The notes under the pieces are model-generated. The model was given only the letters and a program-made list of their open reading frames with translations. It ran no database searches and was not told where the DNA came from. A stretch of DNA of 64,000 nucleotides from Antedon mediterranea (lineage: Eukaryota; Animalia; Echinodermata), in NCBI RefSeq assembly GCF_964355755.1, contig NC_092672.1:25488437-25552436 (forward strand), written 5' to 3'. The stretch's first letter is position 1. Each line of letters starts with the position of its first letter. Made by a program: the position numbers and the translations under genes. Shown piece by piece: positions 51,427 through 64,000 of this stretch.

Positions 51427-52916
51427 TTAGTTTTTTTGAAACTTTTTTGTCGGGTATTGGTTTTGACCTTGACTTTGGTCTGGTCGAAAGGATCCTCTGG
51501 TAGTCTTACTACCATATGATGATGATTTCCGAAAGGAACTCTTATTCTCGAACCCTCGGTTTCGGTATGAGGGTCTTGTGTATGTTGGAGTTTTCTTTTT
51601 GTAACTCTGGCCTTTTGGTGTAAATTTCGTTTTATCTGTATTAGTTAACCCTTTCACTACTTTTTGGGTTACTTTGTTCAACTTATCATCCTCATCAACT
51701 TTCTGTGCCCATTCATCGCCAAATATGCAATTCATGGATGGTTTTACATCTCTTAAGTAACCTTCCTTTAAGAAGGGTTCCGCCTGCCGTTGTCTAAGAA
51801 CTGACATCCTTTGGATGGCTGAGCCCAACAGACTTCCTGTTGAAGATAGCAGTGCCTTCATTTCACTATCCTGCGAGTCTTTTACCACTTCTAGGGCTTT
51901 AATCAGTGGAATTGATGCTCTCAGCATATCTTCTTGGACTGACCAGACCGAGTTGTCATTTTTCCATGACTCAAACTTTTTATTTTTCATTGTCGTTCTA
52001 ATTGGTTTCGGCATATCTGGTCTGATTTAAAATATTTTTCTATAGCCGCATCAGGTTTTAATTTCTCTAATATTTTGTCTTTCTTCTCTTGATCTAAGAT
52101 GTGGGTCCTCTGTTCTTCCCACCACGAGAGTACGTCTTTATCGTATGTTGTCCCTTTGGCCCTTTCATGTGGGTTAATTAGGGAAATTGGAACAACCTTA
52201 TCTTGTTCGTTCTCTAATTCCTTGTCTAGGGCGTTATCTGAGTGTTTGACGGATAACGCTTCCTCACTCTGGGCTATATGGTACGAACCAGATGGTGAGC
52301 TCAGTTGTTGTTTTGAGTGGCTATTATTACGCCTTCTATATCTATTTTGACTCTTATGTGAACTCTCATCCGAGTCTGAGGAGCTTTCAGATTGATATCT
52401 CCTCTTTCGAGGCATCCTCATTCTCGATCTAGCCCTAGAGTGAGACTCGGATGCAGTTTCTGACCTGATATCCTTCATCGTCTCCTGCAGCATAGATTTG
52501 AAGAAATTCATTTGGCTATGTTGCATGTCGTTTAGTACCTCCATTTGTTCGGTTGAAAAACCATTTTTTTCAGGAGGCGGCTTGGAGATCGTACAAGAAG
52601 CCATTGTTGATTTTCTTTGATGGCTCGATCTAGCCCTTTTTGATTTTGTAGGCTCATGTGTAGGATGATCACGACCCATATGGAGGCGTGTATCATCGCG
52701 CTCACGACTCAAATGAAGGCGTGAGAGATCGTCTTCTGAATTGCGACCCAAGTGGAGGCGCAATTCCGATCTACTGTCTTGTTGTTGAACGCATGGTAGT
52801 GACTGATTCAGTAAGCTTGAATTATTAACACTATTTTCTACACTTATATCTGTAATATTTCTCTTTTTGACCTTGTCATTATGAGAACTATACATTTCTT
52901 CTTTATCCGAAGACAT
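51427..52916 (-). CDS. DIRS gag-like ORF1, split by one frameshift near 52020
   Basis: The 315-aa and 195-aa ORFs overlap at 51987-52014. Basic/Ser-rich N-part, helical core, IFG motif, basic C-terminus; ATG at 52916. Confidence 0.75.
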
Positions 52917-53397
52917 ACTTACGTTCTGTAACAAAATAATTTCGTTTTTCTTCTGTGAAAAATTTTCACAACTCGGCTACCGCCATGCAGTTTTGAGAAG
53001 AGGTCGTAGGTCAGGGAGATGAACCGGAAGTAGTTCTTTTAATACTGGTTATTGCCTATATGCAGATGAGATACGCCAATTGATTCGAGCCGAGAGAGGA
53101 TGAAGTATAATGATAAATAAATTTTTCATCGGAATGAATCGAATTACAGTACTATATACACTATGAATAAATCACTATTGCATTTGAAATATTTTGAAAA
53201 GAAAAATTAATATATGATAAACTTCTAAAATAAATGTATTTGAAAGTGAATGGTCCTTTTATAATTTCATGTTATGTTTTTAATTTCGTTTAAAGTATCA
53301 ACCAAACCGATTTCCTTTGCGCAGCATTGAGTTGGTTAGGGAGAAGTTTGGAAAAAACTGCGGCCTACAGTATGTACAACTCCTATCGTATTGATTA

Positions 53398-55605
53398 AGG
53401 CTGGTTTCCTGTCGACGTAAGAAGTCGAATTTTGCAACGATTCTTGCGTTTCATACGTTTCTTACGTCTCTTACGAAAGTTGAGAAAAAATTGACGTCGT
53501 TGACGTTAGTCAAGATCGTGTCGGGCCGCAGAGAAACATCTGTAGTTATGCTGCTCCCGAAAGTTGAAATTTTGGCTGTGAAACACACGTCGTATGCTTA
53601 CGTCGATTTTAGTGTTGTTACGAAAGTTGAAATTTTTTTCTTACGTCGGTCGGATTTATGACGTATTTGAAACAACATCTCTGATTGGTGTTTCTTTTTA
53701 GAGCGGGTTTTATCATTTTTCGCGCAAAATGTTGAATGTTGTTATTGTATAGCCTACCTGTCAGTGCAGCACACCAACATGTTATTTTAAGTAGATAAGC
53801 TAGGCCCTAGTATTAGTAAAATACTTAATGAATACTGTACGGTACCGTACTAATAGGAATTGATTTGACCAAATAATCAAACTAGCCTAGGCTAGTAGGC
53901 CTATGTATTATTTGTATGAATCAAAATATGAATTAATTATCCTGGCCCTCTAGGCCTAGCCTTAAATAGTTTTCAAAATTAAAAAAAGGCAAATCATTTC
54001 GAGATTCCTATTATTATTAGACCTACCCTAGACTAGGCATTGGCCTATTGGCCTATAAGCATATCTAATCGAGCATGAGATAGTACTACCGCAGTAAGAT
54101 ACCCATTATTTACAGGCCTATAATCTATATATAAATTTACGTAAGGGCAAAATTCGGTAAATCGCGCTTTACTTCTAGAATTTTTACTCGATGGTATATA
54201 AAGTTGGTTCGTACTTTCGGTACTGATTTTAACCACCTGATGTAACCCTGTTTACTAATTAAATTAAGTTAGATAATTAGTTATTGACGATTAAAACGAA
54301 TTTAGGTTCAACGATTTGCCCCAAATAGGGGTGTTTTCCGATCGTGGTATACACTGTCTAATAATGGATGTCCAGCTGGAAAAATACCCGCCACAAAAAT
54401 GCGAGGAGGCTTCGCATTTTCCTATCTCCTCCTACGATAATTGTTTTTAATAGCTGAAAACCGGTTGAACAGCTAGAGTACAGCATCATAATGTTGAAGA
54501 CAGGCCGATTTTCTTTAAAAAATACTATTTTGATTTAATATATGATTATACAAATGTATTGATTTGCGATGAATGGAACATCCCAATCTCTCAGTCTGCC
54601 AGAGTTTGGTTTAACACAAGTAGGTACATTTATGAGCCCTTGGTTTAACACATACGGTAGGTAAATATATGGGCCCTTTGAGAATAAACTTGAACAATAC
54701 TGTAAATACCTATTATAATTACCTATTTTTGGTCCTCATTTGAATCGAACATTTCTTACTGTGAATGTTCGTACTGTTAGATGTAATATAAAAATATATA
54801 CAAATAAACTTATTACTGAGATTGTGGATAGGCTCTACTGTTAGATATATAAACACATTATTATATACAAATAAACTATACTGACAGTTCCTTCTCAACG
54901 TTTGTATTAATTAATAATTACCAAAAATATAAACGTCGTAGTGGTGTATCGTGACTATATTTCAATCGATTATGACAGTGACAATTTTAACAAAGTATTA
55001 AATCGCAAATGTTTTACTGTATATATTTAGAGGTATATTATTTATAGGCCTATAAAACATGAAAAAAATATTTCGTTACTGAGTGCATAAAGAATATATT
55101 TAAAAATTGTTCCTCTTTGCACCTATCCGCTTTCCCATCCCTCAACCCTAAAACTCCCTAATTAGAACATGATTAGGCTAAAATTATAGTAGTAAATACA
55201 TACAAATGTTATTGTCCGGCTTTATTTCACTATAAGGACATACACATTACGTCATAACTCTTGTCGCTCATTGGTTGCTTGTTACGATTACGCTTACGTC
55301 TCTTGCGAAAGTTGACTTCAAGTCAACTTTCGTAAGAGACGTAAGAAACGTGACGCAAGGGCGTTCATTCAAGCGTAAGATAAAAAATCCCGGTTTCCTG
55401 TAAAATCGGAAGAAAACGTCGTAACGCAACAATTGTTAGGTCATCGGTTTCCTGTAAAATCGTTTGTCGTTACCATTTTTCTTACGTTGCGTCGATTTTA
55501 TAAATTTTCGATCGTAATCGGTTTCCTGTAAAATCCGCATTTCTTACGACAAATCGACGTAGTCGCAACAAAAGTGATGTTCTTACGTCGACAGGAAACC
55601 AGCCT
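53398..55605. mobile_element. Non-autonomous PIF/Harbinger element (2.2 kb)
   Basis: TIR AGGCTGGTTTCCTGTCGACGTAAGAA / TTCTTACGTCGACAGGAAACCAGCCT; TTA TSD; internal hairpin at 55294-55344. Confidence 0.88.
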
Positions 55606-55809
55606 TTATGCTCGCCGTCCCACGTGATCCAACTGACGTGATCTCAATACAACGAGTATAGTATGAACAATTGGTACCTGGGCCTACCTAGCTACTGCAT
55701 GTACTATTATTTCCTTTATACATTACGTCATTCTATAACTAGTGCCATCACAGGAGTATTGTAATATGTAATTTATTTTTACCAAAAAACATCAATGAAT
55801 GTTAACTTC

Positions 55810-56067
55810 AGCGTAATGACGTCGTGCGTGCTGACCTATATTTCGTATCCCGTTGGCGTTAGACCACGCGCGCATTTCGGAAGTGATCCCGCGCGCGTAG
55901 AAAGTAAAGAAGAATCCTTAGAAACGACCAAAACATTACTTCAAATAAAACTAGGCCTCTGATATTATTAAAGAAGAAGACACAGCACAGTGAGAGGGAT
56001 AAAACAAATTGGTATAGTTGATATTTAAACTGGTTGGTTAGTTTATAACCTTTATATTCCACAATAT
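55810..56067 (+). promoter_or_regulatory. Probable promoter and non-coding first exon of the CCDC63/ODAD1-like gene
   Basis: CpG-rich patch with TGACGTC, GCGCGCAT and CGGAAGT motifs; donor GTAAGT at 56068; the next acceptor (56880) precedes the ATG. Confidence 0.5.
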
Positions 56068-56885
56068 GTAAGTGTTATAAATTACATAGGCCTGGCCTGA
56101 TTAGGCCTGGGCTAATAGTAATACTAGGAATAAACTTGGCCTCTAGCTATTATAGTATAGCCTAGGCCTAGCCTAGACTCTAGGCTAGTAGTAGGCCCAG
56201 CCAGGAACAGAATAATCAAAATCGTTGATCTACGATTAGGCCAGATCGATGTGCAAGGCTGATATTACTGTATACTATTACTAGTCTAGGCCTAGGCAGT
56301 TTTTGTTTATTAAAAAAATACAAAATAAAACTATTTCAAGACCCAAGTAAGGGGACCATATCTTTAACAAAATATAAAAAAATATTTGTTTGAATAGGCC
56401 TAATAGTCTTAATTAAGCTCTGTCTACACTATCGTCAATCTAGTTTGACAAAAAAAGTGTGATGTACCAAAATATGGTGGTGATACGACCAAAATGATAT
56501 GGTAGTTATATGTCATCATCATGTCCATGTATGGGCACATCACATACAGTTTAATAGTGTAGAGTTTTATAGTTAGACTTACTTAGCCTAGGCCTGATTA
56601 CATTAATTCACTTTGAAAAAAAGTTGGATCGGATAAAAATATTTACCTGATAAAACCGTAATATAAAGAGAATAAAATCTCTGAAGTCACTGGTGTTTTG
56701 ATCAAATTTAACTACTTGTTTTAATAAGTGTAATCAGATTTTTGGATAATTTTTTCTTGAAAAAAAAAACTTTTTTAAAGTTACAAAATGGCCTATTCAA
56801 AGTTTAAATTTATCCAAAGATTAAAAGAAAAAAATAAGCACATTGACTTCATTTTGAGATTTTGTATTATATCTTTGTAGAAAGT

Positions 56886-59800
56886 ATGAATAGGCCTACA
56901 AGTCGACGATCTGACATCAGTGAAGCTGATAATGACTGTTTGGCTGAGATGGAACTCTCCCGTTTACAGAGACAGTACAGGATTCTTGAAAACGACAGAA
57001 AGGCCTACTTCGAAGAATCGCAAAATCTTGTTAGAAAACAAAAGTAACATTTCCACTTTCTCGCAAACTATTGTTAGAAACGAAAATAACACTTCCTCTT
57101 TGTAGCAATCTCTTCTTAGAAAACAAAAAGTAATACTTCCTTTTTGTCGCAAACTATTGTTAGAAACAAAATGTAATACTTCCTCTTTATCGCAAACTTT
57201 TATTAGAAACAAAAGTAATACTTCATCTTTGTCGCAAACTCTTATTAGAAACAAAAATAACATTTCCTCTTTGTCGCAATCTCTTCTTAGAAAACAAAAA
57301 AGTAATACTTCCTCTTTGTCGCAAACTATTGTTAGAAACAAAATGTAATACTTCCTCTTTATCGCAAACTTTTATTAGAAACAAAAGTAATACTTCATCT
57401 TTGTCGCAAACTCTTATTAGAAACAAAAATAACATTTCCTCTTTGTCGCAATCTCTTCTTAGAAAACAAAAAAGTAATACTTCCTCTTTGTCGCAAACTA
57501 TTGTTAGAAACAAAATGTAATACTTCCTCTTTATCGCAAACTTTTATTAGAAACAAAAGTAATACTTCATCTTTGTCGCAAACTCTTATTAGAAACAAAA
57601 ATAACATTTCCTCTTTGTAGCAATCTCTTCTTAGAAAACAAAAAGTAATACTTCCTTTTTGTCGCAAACTATTGTTAGAAACAAAATGTAATACTTCCTC
57701 TTTATCGCAAACTTTTATTAGAAACAAAAGTAATACTTCATCTTTGTCGCAAACTCTTATTAGAAACAAAAATAACATTTCCTCTTTGTCGCAATCTCTT
57801 CTTAGAAAACAAAAAAGTAATACTTCCTCTTTGTCGCAAACTATTGTTAGAAACAAAATGTAATACTTCCTCTTTATCGCAAACTTTTATTAGAAACAAA
57901 AGTAATACTTCATCTTTGTCGCAAACTCTTATTAGAAACAAAAATAACATTTCCTCTTTGTAGCAATCTCTTCTTAGAAAACAAAAAGTAATACTTCCTT
58001 TTTGTCGCAAACTATTGTTAGAAACAAAATGTAATACTTCCGCTTTATCGCAAACTTTTATTAGAAACAAAAGTAATACTTCATCTTTGTCGCAAACTCT
58101 TATTAGAAACAAAAATAACATTTCCTCTTTGTCGCAATCTCTTCTTAGAAAACAAAAAAGTAATACTTCCTCTTTGTCGCAAACTCTTGTTAGAAACAAA
58201 AGTAATACTTTCTCTTTGTCGCAAACTCTTGTTAGAAACAAAAAGTAACACTTCTTCTTTGTCGCAATCTCTTCTTAGAAAACAAAAAGTTATACTTCCT
58301 CTTTGTCGCAAACTATTGTTAGAAACAAAAAGTAATACTTCCTCTTTGTCGCAAACTCTTGTTAGAAACAAAAAGTAACACTTCTTCTTTGTGGCAAACT
58401 CTTCTTAGAAAACAAAAAGTAATACTTCCTCTTTGTCGCAAACTCTTGTTAGAAACAAAAAGTAACACTTCCTCTTTGTGGCAAACTCTTGTTAGTGAAC
58501 AAAAAAGTAACACTTCCTCTTTGTCGTAAACTATTGTTAGAAACAAAAATAACATTCCTCGTTGTCCCAAACTATTGTTATGAAACAAAAAGTAATATTT
58601 CCTCTTTGTCGCAAACTATTGTTAGAAACAAAAATAACAGTTCTCCTTTGTCGCAAACTATTGTTAGAAACAAAAATAACTATTCCTCTTTGTCGCAATA
58701 TCTTCTTAGAAAAACAAAAAGTAATACTTCCTCTTCGCCGCAAACGCTTGTTAGAAACAAAAAGTAACACTTCCTATTTGTCGCAAACTATTGTTAGAAA
58801 CAAAAATAACTGTTCCTCTTTGTCGCAATCTCATCTTAGAAAACAAAAAGTAATACTTCCTCTTTGTCGCAAATTCTTCTTAGAAAACAAAAAGTAATAC
58901 TTCCTCTTTGTCGCAAACTCTTCTTAGAAGACAAAAAGTAACACTTCCCCATTTGTCGCAAACTCTTGTTAGAAAACACATATTAACACTTCCCCTTTGT
59001 CGCAAAATCTTGTTAGAGAACACATATTAACACTTCCCCTTTGTCGCAAAATCTTGTTAGAGAACACATATTAACACTTCCCCTTTGTCGCAAACTCTTG
59101 TTAGAGAACACATATTAACACTTCCCTCTTTGTCGCAAACTCTTGTTAGAGAACACATAATAACACTCCCCCCTTTGTCGCAAACTCTAAGAGAACAAAT
59201 GTAACATTTCCTCTTTGTAGCAAACTATTGTTAGTAAACAAAAAATAACATTTGTCAGTATCTTGCTTTTTTTTAAGAGTCCACTTGGAGTCTTTGAAGG
59301 AAGAAAACACCGAGATAGAGACAAACTTAAAGCTAGCCACCAGTACAGCAAATGATAAGAAAGACAGAGCGTGCTCCAAGAAAATCAATTCTTTGGTTTG
59401 TGACCATGATGAATATTTAAATATGATTGATACAGAGAAACAAGCTATCAAGGAGTTGGATAAAGAGGTTAAATTAGTTATCAAACTATTTTCTATTTAT
59501 ATTTTTTGTTTTGTTTAATTATTTGTGTAGACAAGGCTTTAGGGGACGTTACGTTACTGTACCGCAGGTGTTCTATTGCATTTATTTTTTAATGGAGTCT
59601 TTAGTTAGTAAATTTGAAGAAAGTGATTTTTCTTTTCAGAAGGAAATAAAATAATTTGATAAAGTAATACTGTAGATTATGTGTTGAAATAGAGAAAAAA
59701 ATACACCTAATGATAATTAAATAAGCATTAAGTTCCAAGCCCGTTCTTTAAAAAATGGTCGGATAATCTGGTATAATTTTGATTCTCTACCTTAATTGCA

Positions 59801-62800
59801 TCAATCAATGCATAGCATAGCATGCATAGCAGGACAAACATCTTGCCTACTTAGCTCTCTGATGCAACGCTATCGTCCATGGGCCGAATCTTCCCGGGCA
59901 GTTAATAAATTAACTTCTGTCAAGAAATTCACCGACTCAAATGATTGTTTTACAGATTTTGATTATGGAAGATAAAGTTAATGATCAATACAAATCCCTG
60001 GGAGGTAGCAGTCGAAGTCAAACACGTCATTTAATTACGGACAAACGCTTCACAATTCTTGAGAATCGGCTCCATAAGGTAAATATACTTCAACCATTAC
60101 AATTAAACGACTACGGTACTTTAAGAATACATAATTCAGAAAACATAAAAAACAACCCATATGAGCATTCTCGACTTGCTTTTCTTAAACTTTAGGTTCC
60201 AAATAATGTGATTATATGCATATCCTTATATGGATACGATGATATCATACCAATACCACATAACACTTTTTTTCAAACTAGTTTGATAGTGTAGACAGAG
60301 ATTTAGACACTTTTTTAAACATATTTTGAGAGAAATTCTAGTAAGAACGTTGAATCGATTGCTATGCTTGTGTTGCCTTAGAGTTTATGGGACTACGGGG
60401 TTGTTGGGTTATTCATCAAATTGGAGCCAAGTCACTATACCGAAGGGTGTAAAACTTTAAAACATTTCCCACATTACAAACTGTGCGTTAAAACTTCTTG
60501 TAACATGTAGACCTCGATAGGCTTGTAATTCTGGTCCGGAGCAGTTGCAGCCAAGGCAGGCCTTGTTTCAGCAGCCACAAAATAACCGATAATTAACCGA
60601 TCCAAATTAACCGATAACATTCCTATGGAAACGGGGTTTAATCGATTCCGCTTAACAAACAATAGGCCTAATTGTAATTAATTGTAACTGATTGGTTTAT
60701 AAATTAACCGATAATTGTGTTACTGGTTTGAAAAAATGACCTTAATTTATCCATGATTATGTTCAATGTCATTGTTTTCGATCAAAAACAAAATCTCTCT
60801 TGTTGCAGGCAACCATTGGTTTCAACGACATGTTAAGTGCAAACGCAGAATTACGATGCAACATTGACCACCTGACGCAAGAACGGCACATATTCGACTC
60901 GTTGTACAAAAAGTTATTAAAAGAACAACAGAATATCAAGCGAGAAATGAACGAAGTTATACAGCAGTCGACGGCAGCTTATGATGCAAGGTAATTAATT
61001 ATACCATGGCAATCTAATATCATGATGCTGAACTCCGGAGATCAAAGGGTTTATATGTGGCTGCGACATGTACACGATCAGTTCCACGCCCCTTGGAGAC
61101 ACAGCACCGCGGAGAATATGTAGGCCTATAGTGTACTGCACTGTTGGTATTGTTTCGCACCCAGGCATAAGATCAAAGGACTGTTACGAGTTCCTACCTT
61201 GGCAAGGCGAGCTCATGTTCTGTTGTTAATGTTAGATTAACATCGGCGGAAAAATACATTTTCGTTGTGGTCAGAGAATGTATACTTAGCATAACAAAAA
61301 TCTGTCTTGAGTAAAATAAATCGCATATGCGCACTGATTGATTTGACAGTTAGGGGCAGCTGACTGGGTTCTGTTTCCTTTAGTTCTTTCTTTCTTTACC
61401 CAGTCATCAGTAGTTGATTGGGTTCTGTTTCCTTTAGTTCTACTTTCTTTACCCAGTCAGCAGTAGTTGATTGGGTTCTGTTTCCTTTAGTTCTACTTTC
61501 TTTACCCAGTCATCAGTAGTTGATTGGGTTCTGTTTCCTTTAGTTCTACTTTCTTTACCCAGTCAGCAGTAGTTGACTGGGTTCTGTTTTCTTAGTTCTA
61601 CTTTCTTTACCCAGTCAGCAGTAGTTGATTGGGTTCTGTTTCCTTTAGTTCTACTTTCTTTACCCAGTCAGCAGTAGTTGATTGGGTTCTGTTTCCTTTA
61701 GTTCTACTTTCTTTACCCAGTCAGCAGTAGTTGACTGGGTTCTGTTTCCTTTAGTTCTTTCTTTTTTTACTCAGTCAGCAGTAGTTGATTGGGTTCTGTT
61801 TCCTTTAGTTCTACTTTCTTTACCCAGTCAGCAGTAGTTGACTGGATTCTGTTTCCTTTAGTTGTACTTTCTTTACCCAGCCAGCAGTAGTTGATTGGGT
61901 TCTGTTTCCTTTGGTTCTACTTTCTTTACCCAGTCAGCAGTAGTTGATTGGGTTCTGTTTCCTTTAGTTCTACTTTCTTTACCCAGTCAGCAGTAGTTGA
62001 CTGGGTTCTGTTTCCTTTAGTTCTTTCTTTTTTACCCAGTCAGCAGTAGTTGACTGGGTTCTGTTTCCTTTAGTTCTACTTTCTTTACCCAGTCAGCAGT
62101 AGTTGATTGGGTTCTGTTTCTTTTAGTTCTACTTTCTTTACCCAGTCATCAGTAGTTGACTGGATTCTGTTTCCTTTAGTTCTACTTTCTTTACGCAGTC
62201 ATCAGTAGTTGATTGGGTTCTGTTTCCTTTAGTTCTACTTTCTTTACCCAGTCAGCAGTAGTTGACTGGGTTCTGTTTCCTTTAGTTCTTTCTTTTTTTA
62301 CCCAGTCATCAGTAGTTGACTGGGTTCTGTTTCCTTTAGTTCTACTTTCTTTACCCAGTCAGCAGTAGTTGACTGGATTCTGTTTCCTTTAGTTCTACTT
62401 TCTTTACGCAGTCATCAGTAGTTGATTGGGTTCTGTTTCCTTTAGTTCTACTTTCTTTACCCAGTCAGCAGTAGTTGACTGGGTTCTGTTTCCTTTAGTT
62501 CTTTCTTTTTTTACCCAGTCATCAGTAGTTGATTGGGTTCTGTTTCCTTTAGTTCTACTTTCTTTACCCAGTCAGCAGTAGTTGATTGGGTTCTGTTTCT
62601 TTTAGTTCTACTTTCTTTACCCAGTCAGCAGTAGTTGATTGGGTTCTGTTTCCTTTAGTTCTACTTTCTTTACCCAGTCAGCAGTAGTTGACTGGGTTCT
62701 GTTTCCTTTAGTTCTTTCTTTTTTTACCCAGTCATCAGTAGTTGACTGGGTTCTGTTTCCTTTAGTTCTACTTTCTTTACCCAGTCATCAGTAGTTGATT

Positions 62801-63640
62801 GGGTTCTGTTTCCTTTAGTTCTACTTTCTTTACCCAGTCAGCAGTAGTTGATTGGGTTCTGTTTCTTTTAGTTCTACTTTCTTTACCCAGTCAGCAGTAG
62901 TTGATTGGGTTCTGCTTCCTTTAGTTCTTTCTTTTTTTACCCAGTCATCAGTAGTTGACTGGATTCTGTTTCCTTTAGTTCTACTTTCTTTACCCAGTCA
63001 TCAGTAGTTGACTGGATTCTGTTTCCTTTGGTTCTACTTTCTTTACCCAGTCAGCAGTAGTTGATTGGGTTCTGTTTCCTTTAGTTCTTTCTTTTTTTAC
63101 CCAGTCATCAGTAGTTGACTGGATTCTGTTTCCTTTAGTTCTACTTTCTTTACCCAGTCATCAGTAGTTGACTGGATTCTCTTTCCTTTAGTTCTACTTT
63201 TTGTACCCAGTCAGCAGTAGTTGACTGGGTTCTGTTTCCTTTAGTTCTACTTTCTTTACCCAGTCAGCAGTAGTTGACTGGATTCTTTTTCCAGTTCTTA
63301 CTTTCTTTCTTTACCAAGTCATCAATAGTTGACTGGGTTCTAGTTTATGTTTGTATCGTTTTAATGTTTGTGAGGAATTATTCGCGTGTAAGTTCATATT
63401 ATTCTAGTCATATAATATTTTCATTGATTTATATTCATTTGAAATTAAGGGACGAAGCCCAGACAAAAATGATGGCACTACGTGACAGAAGTGACAAGGA
63501 ACAAGCACAATACAACTTAGAATTGAAGGAGTTACATCGAATCATTGATCACGACAGAAAGTTGAAGGAGTTTATGGCAATTAAGGCACAGGAAAGAATG
63601 GAAATAAAGGCGATTGAAGCGACAAAGTGCAAAAAGAAAG
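56886..63640 (+). CDS. CCDC63: CCDC63 / ODAD1(CCDC114)-family outer dynein arm docking coiled-coil protein, 5' partial
   Basis: Exons 56886-57043, 59278-59467, 59956-60078, 60809-60990 and 63450-63640 are in frame. Motifs ELSRLQRQYRILENDRKAY, LENRLHKA, QQSTAAYDARDEAQTKM, HDRKLKEFM. The CCDC63 versus ODAD1 assignment is uncertain. Confidence 0.88.
57017..59250. repeat. ~43-bp minisatellite with ~172-bp higher-order repeat filling an intron
   Basis: Unit ~TCGCAAACTCTTGTTAGAAACAAAAGTAATACTTCCTCTTTG, about 50 copies; the first copy spans the exon/intron junction. Confidence 0.95.
61361..63342. repeat. 53-bp minisatellite, ~37 copies, intronic
   Basis: Unit GACTGGGTTCTGTTTCCTTTAGTTCTACTTTCTTTACCCAGTCAGCAGTAGTT. 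Confidence 0.95.
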
Positions 63641-64000
63641 GTAAACTTAATTATTACTTTATTATTTTCTTTTCTTGTATGTGCTTAAATTATTTTTGGT
63701 TGGTGCGTATAAACGTCTCCAAATAGAATCCATACCAAGAAAATTGCCTCTGGTCGGAGTCTTTCACTCACCTGGTGAGTTTTCTCTATGAAAATCGTTA
63801 GAGACACCACGAAACTACATGGTTTTAATTGTACGCGTTCAAACTTTGATAAATGATAGTACGCGCGCGTCTACTTCCGCATAATAATTCAAAAGTTTAC
63901 AATAATGTTATTAGGCGTGCGTATAGAAGAGATACACTATTGACGCTCATACAATTTTTACTACGCGCCACGCAGTTATTAGGTCAAAAATGTCAGTCTG

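Larger units (their letters stand above)
47883..53111 (-). mobile_element. Full-length DIRS1-type tyrosine recombinase retrotransposon
   Basis: ITRs at ~47950-48045 and ~52990-53086. The internal complementary region ~48425-48537 matches both outer ends (47883-47958 and 53076-53111). Carries gag, RT/RH/MT and YR ORFs. Confidence 0.95.

Noticed and set aside
52010-52040. Programmed -1 frameshift within DIRS gag
   Set aside because: The sequence TAT TTT AAA TCA does not fit an in-frame X XXY YYZ slippery site; a 1-bp deletion or assembly error is more likely.
48732-52350. Plus-strand ORFs antisense to the DIRS ORFs
   Set aside because: Shadow ORFs with no recognisable motifs.
55845-55866. RFX X-box expected for a ciliary gene
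   Set aside because: GTTGGCGTTAGAC is only a weak match to the X-box consensus.
56964-58897. Many 60-170 aa ORFs on both strands
   Set aside because: Translations of the 43-bp minisatellite.

Overview
AT-rich eukaryotic (metazoan) genomic DNA with GT-AG introns. The content suggests a marine invertebrate, possibly an echinoderm, but this is inference. Host genes, all on the + strand: (1) a 6-coding-exon four-TM protein with a tyrosine-motif-rich tail (4308-8924); (2) three tandem rolling stone-like (AIG1/FAR-17a-related) membrane protein genes (18362-33989); (3) a single-coding-exon TM/coiled-coil/RING gene (45310-45936); (4) the 5' part of a CCDC63/ODAD1-type dynein docking gene (56886 to beyond the window). 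The rest is dense with mobile DNA: a Helentron-type non-autonomous element, a decayed Gypsy LTR element with nested insertions, a decayed Polinton/Maverick pPolB, a CR1/L2 3' end, a Penelope 3' end with an inverted pseudo-LTR carrying hammerhead-like motifs, a near-intact DIRS1-type tyrosine-recombinase retrotransposon, Deu-type SINEs, many MITEs and several minisatellites. Best leads: the DIRS expression logic (putative gag-removing intron, in-frame gag/pol stop), paired hammerhead motifs, an intron built from about 50 copies of its own splice donor, TA-anchored footprint-like motifs (TAGGCCTA etc.), and the MS4A-like candidate signalling receptor. All calls are from manual reading; no database search was run.
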